Source: Somniosus microcephalus | Lineage: Eukaryota | DNA length: 64,000 nt | Direction: 5' to 3' | NCBI GenBank assembly: GCA_052327205.1 | Contig: CM126216.1 | Span: 73,470,001-73,534,000 of the forward strand | In this document: positions 46,564-58,230 of the stretch, in pieces | Layout of the letters: each line of letters begins with the position of its first letter | How positions within the stretch are numbered: position 1 is the stretch's first letter | The notes under the pieces: model-generated | Told to the model about the DNA's origin: nothing | What the model saw: the letters and a program-made list of their open reading frames with translations, nothing else | Database searches by the model: none | Made by a program: the position numbers and the translations under genes

Positions 46564-47459
46564 CGGCAATTGTAGTTCAGCTTTTGAACTATCACAAACT
46601 GTGCTCTAGTTTTAGAGAGAGAGAGCATTTATCTAACTATAGTCCAGGTTTAGAGAGAGATCCACAGTGACTATTGTCCAACTTTAGAAAGAGAGAATTG
46701 CATTGACTTCTTTCCAGCTTTATTAAGACATAAAAGCTGACAAACTATACTCCAGTTTTAGATAGAATGAGAATAACCTCACTTACCTGAGCTGACGATG
46801 TTGGACGAATCCTAGCTGTGAAATTTTCACTTGTATGCTGCATACCTGAGGTGTAACCTTACACCTAAAAATTGAAATTGTGGCTAAGAACAACAGACTA
46901 CATTTGTCACATAGGCTAGAAAGAATGGCCAAGTGGTTTTAATATATTTTTCTTCTCTTCCTCTTTTTTATTCTTTTTCCCTGCCTTTCTATTTTTTTCA
47001 TTTACCCTATCCTTCTTCACATCCGGTCTGGCTGTGAGATGTGGAAATGTTTTCCCCTGCATTCTTTCATTGGAGAGTGAGAGGAACAAGAAACAGGCAT
47101 GGAGACATGCATATGCCAGAATTCACAGCAGTTATCCAAGTCCTCTATTAAAACAATAGGACCTACTTTTTTTAATAGGCTTTTGCTACCACAATAAATG
47201 CAGCGATAGCTGTGCCTTCAGAGTGAACGCTTGTTTTCTCTCACTTTGCATTCTGCATGTCCTCCCATCTGCATGCAGTTGAGGTACAGTCTTAAGGCAG
47301 GAGATCATGCCGAACTCAGGAGAGTTGATTGACTTGTTCACATAAGTCCAGCTTTAGGGACAGAGAGCTCAAATAAATCTCATCTTCCAGAGCACAAGAC
47401 ATTTTTTTCTGTAAAATGTAGGACAGTTTCCTTTCCATGTTCAAGAGAAAGATAAAGAT

Positions 47460-48785
47460 AAGTGTTGCTATGGAACCTGCATGGGTCCTAGCTATGCCTA
47501 CCTTTTCGTGAGATATGTGGAACATTCTATGCTCCAGTCCTACTCCGGTCCCCTCCCTCACCTCTTTCTCCGGTACATTGATGACTGTATCAGTGCTGTT
47601 TCCTGCTCTCACCCAGAACTGGAAAATTTCATTCACTCTGCTTCCAATTTCCACCCTACCCTCACCTTCACATGGTCCATCTCCAACTCTTCCACGCCCG
47701 TCCTCAACTTCTCTGTCTCCATTTCTGGGGATAGGCTAGCAACAAACATCCAGTATAAGCCCACTGATTCCCACAGCAACTGAACTACACTTCCTCCCAC
47801 CCCGCTTCCTGTATTCCCATTCTCCCAGTTCCTCCGTTTCCTTCACATCTGTCCTGACGATGCCACCTTCCATACTAATGCTTCCAGTATGGCTTCCTTT
47901 TTCCTCAACCGCGGATTCCCCTCAGCATTCCGAAGGGACCGCTCCCTCCATGACACCCTAGTCCACACCTCAATCACCCCAACACCCCTCCTCTTCCTAT
48001 GGCACCTTCCCGTGCAAGCACAGGAGATGCAACATCTGCCCTTTTACCTTCTCCCTCCCCACCGTCCAGGGTCCCAAACACTCCTACCAGGTGAAACAGT
48101 GATTTACTTGTATTTCTTGCAATTTAGTATACTGTATTCACTGCTCATGAGGCAGTCTCCTCTACATTGGGGAGACCAAACGTAGATTGGGTGACCGCTT
48201 TGCGGAACACCTCCATGCAGTCCACAAGCCTGACCCCGAGCTTCCGGTCGCCTGTCACTTTAATTCTCCACTCCACTCCCACTCTGACCTCTCTGTCCTC
48301 GGCCTCCTTCACTGTTCCAACGAAGCTCAACGTAAGCTCGTGGAACAGCACCTCATCTTTCAATTAGGCACTTCACAGCCTTCTGGACTCCACATCGAGT
48401 TAAACAATTTCAGACCATAACCTCTGCCCCTATTTGTTCAGATGGCAACGTTGATGATTTTGCTATTCACATTTACACCTCTTCTATACCCATCTTTTGT
48501 TTCTTTACTTGTCCCTTGACCATTTCCCTGTGCTTTGTACAATCATACCTTTTGTCATTTAATCACTCCTGCCTTCCCTTTTGTTCTTTCCTCCTCTCCC
48601 CCCTTTCCCTGCCTCTGTACCTGCTTAAAATCTGTTATATCTCTAACTTTTTCCAGTTCTGACGAAAGGTCATCGACCTGAAACGTTAACTCTGTTTCTC
48701 TCTCCACAGATGCTGCCTGACCTGCTGAGTGTTTCCAACATTTTTTGTTTTTCAGATTTCCAGCATCCGCAGTATTTTGCTGTTG
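47460..48785 (+). mobile_element. Penelope-like element, 5'-truncated, internally deleted
   Basis: MGPSYA, RYIDD, YKPTD RT motifs; YIGETKR.LGDRFAEH GIY-YIG; pyrimidine-rich 3' region and terminal repeat with hammerhead motif. Confidence 0.92.
48655..48691 (+). ncRNA. Minimal type I hammerhead ribozyme motif
   Basis: AGTT-CTGACGA-A-AGGTC ATC GACCT-GAAA-CGTT-AACT: stem I AGTT/AACT, intact core, stem II, palindromic ACGT stem III. Confidence 0.8.
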
Positions 48786-49109
48786 TGTAAAGATAGGAGG
48801 AATATTTTAAATGTAGAATACTCTGCCAAAATAAGCAAGTAAAAAATGTTGTTTAAAAAAAGCTCATTTGTAAGAAATTTTCAGATTTACTGTAATTTAA
48901 TTTCTAGCCTCTAAATTCAGCAGGAAGCTGACATCAGCTACAATCCCCATCAGCAAGTTTCTCCATTAGTGTGTGATGCTCATTGACATCAGTTCCAATT
49001 CTGGACACCAATTGGGAGGCAGCAAGCCTGGAGTTTTTCAAATTAAAATTGGCTGACTTCAAGCTGCTGAAATTTCTTCTCTTTCAATAATGTGTGCTGA
49101 TGGACAGCA

Positions 49110-49285
49110 GAGTAAGATGCCTTTAAGGGAAAGCTAGATAGGTATATTAGGGAGAAAATAGAAGGACATGCTGGTAGGGTTAGATGAAGTAGGATGGGAG
49201 GAGACTTGTGTGGAGCATAAACACCAGCATAGACCTGTTGGGCCGAATGGCCTGTTTCTGTGCTGTAAATTCTGTGTAATTCTAT
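49110..49285 (+). mobile_element. CR1-type 3' tail fragment
   Basis: TTTAAGGGAAAGCTAGATAGG...GGGCCGAATGGCCTGTTTCTGTGCTGTAAATTCTGTGTAATTCTAT. Confidence 0.75.
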
Positions 49286-51079
49286 ACCCACAGCTGAGCT
49301 TTTATAATATTTACAATCTTTTTTATTGACTTTTTCCAAATGTTGGCATCAACAGCTGACTCAAATGAACATCTGATTTTTGAGATGCTTCCAGAAGCAA
49401 TTGACCTTATATTTTAAGGAATTCAGTTAAGACTTTGATGATCTGCCAGCATTGTGTTATTGCCAAATCAGTCAGCTTCATTCCTTTTTCTTGTTGCTTT
49501 TGGTACTTGTGGATTGTCTGAGTTCAGTGAAATATGGCTTTAATAAAGCAAGCAGTTTTCTGGACTCCCAGTGCTGCTGTTTTCACCTGGGCCTAAGTCT
49601 ATGAATTTTTCTGATTTCTTTAGTAGTTTACATTTGTTAGTCTTATAACTTAATATAATGGAAGGGAAGAGGACTGGCCAGGATAGCAGCTCACTCTGTA
49701 CACGCAGCATTATTCTAGCGACTCTATCAAGACTGGTGTTCTGTTAGATCGAGATTGTATATCTTACCCGGGGACAGGTTTAAGCTCAATAATAAAACAA
49801 ACTGCCCTACTACCTGCCCACACACAAGCTTATCTATAAGGATGCCATTTCTGTCTCGCACACACATTCCGCATGGGCGAGTAATTTCTTTCACATGTCT
49901 TTACTGCTGTCCGGGTACAACTTAAAAGTAAACTCTGTTTCCCTCACAGTGATTATACTACAGGTATTAAGATTTTTGAACATCTCAATGAATACTTCTC
50001 TTTGGATATTACATCAGCACCCATTCTTCTTCCTGCCTTCGTCGCATAAAACTGCTTTTTATTATTCCTTTTCTTTGTGCTTGAAACAATTGAGAATGAT
50101 CAAAATTTACGCCAGTAGTTTCCAGTGTGTCTGGGCCATTATGTGAATTGCCGGTAAATGCAATCCAGTTGCATGCGTTCTGCCTTATTTAACAATCGTC
50201 ATTTGAAGGTGTGCTTGGCATATCTTACCAAAGATAAGGGCCTGCGAGGCACCACTTTGTAAAAAGGACTTCACAAGTAGCCATTCAACAGCTCTAAACA
50301 TCCAAGCCAGTGCCATTTTGACCTATCATTTGTTTCCATGGTTATGCTGTTGATTGGTGAAATGATAACTTGATTTCCAGTAATCCTGCACCACAGAATG
50401 TTGCATTCCTCTGACTAATGGTTCTTTATCAAATATATACATGGTGCATTCTGATCCGTGATACCTGCAGTTGTTATTTATCAGGTTCAGTCATTGCGAT
50501 TATACTATTCTAAGGTACAAAATCAAAAATAAAGTGTGCACCATTTGAAAATTGTGAATAAAAAATTCCCACAGCCTTTTTTTAATTACTCATAAATATC
50601 TATATTTTTCTTTAATTTACATTATTTTGACATACTGCCAAGATTGGCTCGCCTACTACTACCCTCTCCAGAATTCTTCTATCACTGCGTTGTCAACATT
50701 ACTGAGGCCATATCATTAATCACTGTTTGCTGGTCCAGCTAATGGAAACATAGCTGAGCTGTAAGCACTCTGAAAGCATCCTATTGTAATAAAATATGAA
50801 ACCGCTTTTTCAAATAAATTAAGCTGTGATAAAAATGAAGCCTTTTTGTCTATGATGGATTATTATTGGATTCACTCTGGCTGATTTCAGCAAACATAGG
50901 GTTAAAATTGATTAATGCTATCTATTTCTGCATTGCAATCTGATGCGCCATAGGCACTGATATGCATGGTTGTTTGCTAGCTATTTTCCTTGGATGATAA
51001 CTCATCTCACAGATTGTTCAAAGTGTTTGCAACAGATCAGTAGAGTTCCCAGGAAGAAGGCAAGTCATTCTATTTAATT

Positions 51080-51455
51080 ACAAGACTCCTGTAAATGGCT
51101 GACCAAAAGTATTTTTGAAGTGTAGTTATTACTGTAATGTAGGCAAATGCAGCAGCCAATTTTCAGCAAAGTCCACAAACAGCAATCAGAAAAATTACCA
51201 GATAATCAGTTTTTTTTGGTAATGTTGGTTGAGGTATTAATGTTGATTGGGAGAACTCCCCTTCTCTTCTTTGGATAGTACCATAGGATTTTTTACATCC
51301 ATCTGGAAGGCCAGACAGGATCGTGATTTAATATCTCATCTGCAAAATCAGTGCAACCTCAAAGATTCAGCCTAGCTTTTGGGCTCAAGTATCTGGAGTG
51401 GGGCTTGAACCCACAACCTTCTGACTCAGAGGTAAGAGTGAACCAAGGTTGACAC
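51080..51455 (-). mobile_element. SacSINE1/Deu-SINE
   Basis: Reverse complement of the tRNA head (GGGCTTGAACCCACAACCTTCTGACTCAGAGG) and body (TTTTACATCCA, TTTTGAAGTGTAGT). Confidence 0.75.
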
Positions 51456-51467
51456 ATTTGAGGCGAT

Positions 51468-51826
51468 AGCAAAATACTGCAGATGCTGGAAATCCGAAAT
51501 AACAACAGAAAATGCTGGAAAAACTCAGCAGGCCAGGCAACATCCGTGGAGAGAAATTAGAGTCGGCGTTTCGGGTTGAAACCCTTTTTCAAAACTGGAA
51601 AGGAAATGAAATAGATCGAAGGCAGGGCTGCGATAGAACAAAAGAAGTAAAGGGACATTAAGAGGTATTCAAAACCAGACGAGATGGTAATAGGACAGTG
51701 GAGACAAAAGACGGCTCAGATTAGGTGTGAAGTGTACTGGCAGGATGAGAGACAGCTGCCATGTGGGAGCGAGAAATAAAAAGGAAAGGGGGGGGAAGGG
51801 TCCAGCATTTTCTGCTGTTATTTTTG
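51468..51826 (-). mobile_element. Penelope 3' terminal fragment with short inverted end
   Basis: Reverse complement of 55130-55420; terminal CCAGCATTTTCTGCTGTTATT is inverted relative to AATAACAACAGAAAATGCTGG. Confidence 0.8.
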
Positions 51827-53165
51827 ACACATTTGAGGCTGTGTTTGTCATAAAGTCCATTACTGTTACATATGTAACTGGTTTTCCTTTTATCTTTTAT
51901 CTTTTTTAATAGTCTTCTCCAGCTCTCTGTTATAGCCTTGTCCTGATGGCCATAGAAAAAAACTATCTCCTTATAAAAGAAACTATCTGCATGAGTGATG
52001 AACTAAAATCCATAGTCTCCAGTTAACTGAATAGAAGTGTCTAATATGAAGGCTGAATCAATATATAGCTTGCCTGTAAAAACTGCAACCATGCATGGAT
52101 AAATTAGTGGCTTGTCAATTCTGAAAGGTTAAATTTTATTACGAACCATTGTTTAGTTCTCCTTCACTTGTTCTGTTTTATTAAAATCTACACTCTACTG
52201 CCTGCAGGAAGCATGTCAGAAGTGGCCTTATTAGACCTGTTTGACCGCTTCAGTTTATGCTGGATCAAACTTCATATATTGTAACAACAAAGCTCCTTTA
52301 ATTGGTCAATAAAATAACTGGCAAACATTTTTGCCACTCTTGAAGGATCCCAGTTTATAAGTAGAAGATAAATGATGAGGAGCCATGGATATATGATTTA
52401 CATCCCAAGAATAGCCTGACCTGATAACTCGTGAATGCCAACTGGAGCGTGAGTCATGGTCAACACCACAATTGGGATATAAAATAAAGCAAACTATAGG
52501 GTTTTATAGATTACAGACTGGTTCCATTGATGATTTCTGTATAAATTTGGTGTTGTCTTACACATCCATGGAATCTGTTGCAAAAAACAAGGGTGGAAAT
52601 GATTATTTTTAAATTGGCTATTGCCTTGAAATTACGTTCTTTGAATATTAGCATAAGAATGCTTGGTGCACTCACTCAAAGACCTTTGTCTAGTACTTTA
52701 ATGGCAGTGTTAACCCAATTATTTTAAATGGATTAGCATTTCTGTTAAAATAGTAGACTGAGGAATTTCATACAAATACATTAAGTATTTGCTAATATTT
52801 GAAGAGCCTAATTTTCAGCTACATGGATGGGATTGTAAATTTGTGTAAATATTTTATTATCCTGAAATTTATGTTGTTGTACTTAGGAAGTGTTATTTCC
52901 TCACCAAACATTGACTTTTGTAGGTAATAAATGGTATCATAAATCTCTGCCTCAGGCTCTTTAAATTAACCTTAAATCTAATTTGATGTTTGTGCTTTTT
53001 TTTAAGGTGGTTCTGTGCTTTGAACAAATAGAGTAAAAAATAGATAGGAAAGAAATGGGGGCTGCAAGGTGCCATAAACTATGAGAGCAGAGTTTGAACA
53101 GTTTGCATGTATTATCTGACTACTGGCCTGTGTTACTGTCTTTAACACCCTCATACTGATATGAT

Positions 53166-53875
53166 GGCCCAGATTTTCCTGCAACAGCGAGATTGGCATC
53201 GTTACACCACAAATTTTTCCGTCCAGTGCACCAATCTCACTGTTGATGACTTACACCATATTTTCCTGAATTTCTAATTAGAGTACGCCGCAGCAAACAT
53301 AGCAGCGAATCGGAAGCGGCACAGCCATTGACCACTGTACTTTCCGTCGCTCCATAGACGATTCCTGATGCCTTCATTTAAAACTGCCCTGTCCATGTTT
53401 GGTTTTGTCTGCCATGGATTAAACATTTGTACACCTATTGATACTTAATCATTGAATTGACTCTTCTGGGCATTTATTTATTCTTGAGGGACCTTTTGGC
53501 TAAACAAACTTGTGAAGTAGCAGATTAGCAACAATAAATGTTTCAAAAAAATCACATAGCAATGTTTAAGAACCTGTCTTTCAACAAGTCCCAATCAGCA
53601 AACACAGCAGCGTCCCATTCGGCAACCCCATTAGCACATCATTTAAATGCAATCAGAGAATGCACTCAAAGTCAATTAATCAAGCCGCTGCCAGTCTCTA
53701 GCGCTATCATTTTAAAATCTAACTGGTATTGGCGTGAAAACCAGCGCCAAACATGGAAAATCGCAATCAACATTGATTGTAATGGCTGGGGCGGAACTAT
53801 GATAATTACCTTCTAACTGTTGTCAGTGTGTGTAATGGCAGAGTGGTGCAAAAGTCCCAGTAAAATATGGCTTGG
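53166..53875. mobile_element. Possible old Harbinger-type MITE
   Basis: Starts GGCCCAGATTTTCC like the other MITE termini here; right TIR only weakly visible. Confidence 0.4.
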
Positions 53876-53936
53876 TGTAAGGAATGGAGTGAGTCACTTA
53901 CTTCATCATTTCACCCATATGCCAACACAAAAAGAA

Positions 53937-55422
53937 ATGTTCCAGCCCTACTCGGGTCCCCTCCCTCACCTCTTTTTCCGGTACATTGATGACTGTATCG
54001 GTGCCGTTTCCTGCTCTCGCCCTGAACTAGACAATTTCATTCACTTTGCCTCCAATTTCCACCCTTCCCTCACCTTCACATGGTCCATCTCCGACTCTTC
54101 CCTTCCCTTCCTCGACTTCTCCGTCTCCATCTCTGGGGATAGGTTATTGACCAACATTCACTACAAGCCCACTGACTCCCACAGCTACCTGGACTACACT
54201 TCCTCCCACCCCGCCTCCTGTAAGGACTCTATTCCATTCTCCTAGTTTCTCAGTCTCCGCCGCATCTGTTCTGACGATGCCACCTTCCACACCAGTGCTT
54301 CCGACATGTCTTCCTTTTTCCTCAACCGAGGATTCCCCTCTACCGTGGTTGACACGGCCCTCGACCGTGTCCGTTCTATCTCCCGCACTTCTGCCCTCAC
54401 CTCTGCCCCTCCCGGAACCACGATAGGGTTCCCCTTGTCCTCACCTTTCACCCCACCAGCCTCCACATTCAACGGATCATCCTCCGCCATTTCTGCCACC
54501 TCCAAAGTGATCCCACCACCAAACGCATCTTCCCCTCCCCTCCCCTTTCAGCATTCCGTAGGGACTGCTCCCGTCGAGACACCCTAGTCCACTCCTCTAT
54601 CACCCCCAGCACCCCTTCCCCTTCGCCCGGCACCTTCCCGTGCAAGCACAGGAGATGCAACACCTGCCCTTATACCTCCCCCCTCCCCGCTGTCAAGGGC
54701 CCCAAACACCCCTTCCAAGTGAAACAGCGATTTACTTGTGCTTCTTGCAATCTAGTATACTGTATTCGCTGCTCACAATGTGGTCTCCTCTACATTGGGG
54801 AGACCAAACGCAGATTGGGTGACCGCTTTGCAGAACACCTCCGTTCAGCCCGTAAGGATGACCCTGAGCTTCCGGTCGCCTGTCATTTTAATTCACCGCC
54901 CCATTCCCACTCAGACCTCACTGTACTCGGGCTCTTGCATTGTTCCACAGAAGCTCAACGTAAACTCGAGGAACAGCACCTCATCTTCCGATTAGGGACT
55001 TTACAGTCTTCCAGACTCAATATCAAGTTCAACCATTTCAGATCATAACCTCAGCCCCCATTACATTTTTACTTATATTTTTTATCAACACCTTTGTTTT
55101 GGCCCTCCTCCCCCCCCCCCCCTTTTTTTCTCTCCCACATGGCAGCTGTCTCCCATTCTGCCAGCGCATTTCACACCTAATCTAGAGCCGTCTTTTGTCT
55201 CCACTAGTCCTATCACCATCTCGTCTCGTTTTGAATATCTCTTAATGTCTCTTCACTTCTCTTTTGTTCTCTCCCAGCCCCCAAACTGGCCTTTTAATCT
55301 GTTTCATTTCCTGTGCTTTTTCAGTCTTGACAAAGGGTTTTGACCCGAAACGTTGACTCTATTTTCGCTCCACGGATGTTGCCTGGCCTGCTGAGTTTTT
55401 CCAGTATTTTCTGTTGTTATTA
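53937..55422 (+). mobile_element. Penelope-like element, 5'-truncated
   Basis: FFRYIDD, LPFLD, YKPTDSHSYLDYTSSHP RT; NLVYCIRCSQCGLLYIGETKRRLGDRFAEH GIY-YIG endonuclease (54719-55048); terminal hammerhead-like motif at 55323-55358. Confidence 0.94.
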
Positions 55423-55557
55423 CAAAAAGAAATGTTCTGCATATCATTGAAAAAAACCTCTGAAATTTGTGGTTGCTCCCTGTATTTGATATATTTTTCG
55501 CTGAGAAGGGTATTCCCATCTATGAAATGGTGAAGTAAACTTGGTAGGAGCTTGATA

Positions 55558-56484
55558 CAAAAGCAAAATACTGCAGATGCTGGAAATCTGAAATAAAAAC
55601 AGAAAATGCTGGAAATGCTCAGCAGGTCAGGCAGCATCTGTGAAGAGAGAAACACAGTTAACGGCCCGTATTTTCCGATCCCTACGGGTGTGTACGGGCT
55701 GTGTACACACCCGTAGGGAACTCGCAAATGCCGGTTCCAGGTATGCAAAGCACATGCGCTGAAAACCGGCATTTACGATCTGTCAAGAATCCTCTTGACA
55801 GCTCGGACGCCTGCCCTGGAGAAGGGCCTCTGCGGGTGGAGAGTTCCGCTTTCTGCAGAACCTCCGCCCGCTGAAATCCCTTAAAAATCTTACGCCTGGT
55901 AAAAGCAAATTTTTTTCACTCATTTATAATTTTAAAAAACTTTTAAAAAAGGGTATGTTTCTTTTTAGCCCTGTAAAAAAAACTTTAATTTTTTTTCACA
56001 AAATTAAATTTTTGTTTAAAATATTTAATTTAATGTAATTTTAACTAATTTTAGGAACATGATTTAAAAAAAAATGTATTTAATGTTTTGATGTGTTTTT
56101 GGAGTGATCTCCATTCATACTTTCGACAGGTACAAGCTGTCAAAAGTGTGAAGGGAGATTCCCTTCTTCCATTGGCTCCCCATGGCCCATGTGATTCCAG
56201 GGACGCTTGAGAACCGTGTGCGCCCCTGGGATACCTGGGTCCTGCGCATTTCGTCATGGAGAGGCCCAGGAGCAGAAATGGCCGGACCTCGGGAGCCCTC
56301 GGGTAAGGGCGTAGATTTTTTCCAGATCGAAGGCCTCCGCACACAGGAAGCCTCCAATCGGAAAATAGGGGCCAATGTTTCAGGTTGATGACCTGATGAA
56401 AGGTTACCGACCTGAAACGTTAACTCTGTTTCTCTTTCCACAGTTGCTGCCTGACCTGCTGAGTATTTCCAGCATTTTCTGTGT
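55558..56484. mobile_element. Penelope-terminus fold-back element interrupted by MITE A copy 3
   Basis: Left arm 55558-55662 plus 56374-56392 is inverted relative to right arm 56393-56484. Confidence 0.82.
55663..56373 (+). mobile_element. MITE family A copy 3
   Basis: TIRs GGCCCGTATTTTCCGAT / ATCGGAAAATAGGGGCC; TSD AAC/AAT (one copy CpG-decayed). Confidence 0.88.
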
Positions 56485-56559
56485 CTATATTTGATATGAC
56501 CATGATCTGAATTACGTGATATACTGCATTTTATTATTTTCCAGCTATTATCCCTTGTG

Positions 56560-56700
56560 ATACTAAGGGAATCAAGGGATATGGGGACAGTGTGGGAAAG
56601 TGTAGATGAGGTAGAAGATTAGCCATGATCTTATTGAATGGCAGAACAGGCTCGAGGGCGAAATGTCCTACTCCTGCTCCTAATTCTTATGTTCTTGTGT
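56560..56700 (+). mobile_element. CR1 3' tail fragment
   Basis: AAGGGAATCAAGGGATATGGGG...AGCCATGATCTTATTGAATGGC...TTCTTATGTTCTT. Confidence 0.85.
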
Positions 56701-57804
56701 TTCCAAATTGCTTCTTCCTATAGGTATTTTTATGTTTAAAAAGAATAAATGATTGTGATGGAATGCTTTTCAACAGTATTAGATCTCGGTTATATCAGAT
56801 GATGCCGATAAACTATGCAGGTTTCTTGACATTACCTGAACCCTTTGATGACTTATCGCCTGTATAAGCTGAGTGACATTGTCCTGTAACATGTTCTGAA
56901 ATAAAACTTAGGGCCACTTTTTTTGCTTCAATTTGAGTTGTATAATTAAATCACGGGAGCCTGCCATCAGTTCACAAAAAAACTTCTCTCTGAGGGGTCG
57001 ATTATATTTTAAATGATAAGCCACTTTCTCTATATATATATTGCAGAGAAAAGCATAGGTGGTAAGAGTTTGTTTCAAGGCAGCAATATATTAAGGAGGG
57101 CAGAAGACTTTATTAAAATGCCATGGCTTCATTTTGGGGGGCTTATCAGATTATTTGCATTTCTAATGTCTGGCTTCTGTGATACATTCCAGCCAATGAG
57201 CTATCCTCCAGGTAACACTCCTATCAATCTATATGGATGTCAAACTCAAGTGATGTCAGTGCCGTTAGGAGCTACATCACTGATTTGATCTAATGGAAAC
57301 ACTGAAAAGCTGCTCAGATAAATTGGTTGGGCTCATCCTTCTTGTTATAGAGGTGACCTGGCGCACCCAATGGGGAGCGCAGCTTGCGTGAAGCAAATTG
57401 AAGTAGACGAACACGGGGAGAGAGCAGGGCAGTGAGATTAGTTTCTGATTACTTGAGCAAAGCGTCAGCATATTCTTCTGTGCTGTAAACCTGTGTAACT
57501 GGCTAATTCTACTCTATAGGGGGAAGATATCTTCTGTGCTATACTTAGTAAAATTCAAAATGCATTCTTCATAATCACATTTACAATGTTGCTACACACA
57601 ACACAGAGAGAAATCTTATATATACTGCTTTTCCTTCTCTTGATATGTACCAACCTGATCAGCTAACTGTCTGTCTTTGGATGCCCTGTCCTCTATCCTT
57701 CTGAGTTCTATGTATTAACCTGCTCTCCATGTAATAACCAGACCTATCCACCATCTATATGTATTAACCTAAGGTAACTTCGTTTTCCTGACACTTAAAG
57801 GAAC

Positions 57805-58230
57805 AGGGTGGTGCAGTGGATTAGGCATGGGCTTTTACCTCTGCTACCTGGGTTCAAATCCAGCCCAAGCTGATGGAATGGAGGTCCCCTGTCTGCTGCT
57901 TGTAAGAAAACTATGTGTAATGAGTTTGGGGAGTCACAATTCACTTCTTAGTGGGCATGGGCCTATAGCACCAAATTGTTGCTAATTTGGCACTGATTAG
58001 CAATTTCCCTCCAAGACCAGAATATGTCTAATGTGCGAAATGGGAAAAAATGGCACATTGGTGCAGTAGGGTTGCTTGTCTGAGGTTGAGGCTGGGAAAC
58101 TTTGCTGGAACAGAGTAGAGGGGCTTTATGCTGCATCTGATTATGTGATATCCGAGCTGGCAGAACTTGATGTTCAAATTGGGTGCCTGAAATAGAAAGG
58201 ATTCCACTTCCTAGCACTAACATCCCTCAC
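57805..58230 (+). mobile_element. LF-SINE-like tRNA-derived SINE
   Basis: TGGTGCAGTGG...TTTTACCTCT...GGGTTCAAATCCAGCCCA...CTATGTGTAATGAGTT...CTAGTGG...CTAATTTGGCAC resembles the recalled LF-SINE consensus. Confidence 0.55.

Noticed and set aside
46793-46821. Minus-strand micro-exon with CAG|GTAAGT donor
   Set aside because: Weak polypyrimidine tract and no partner exons; such matches occur by chance.
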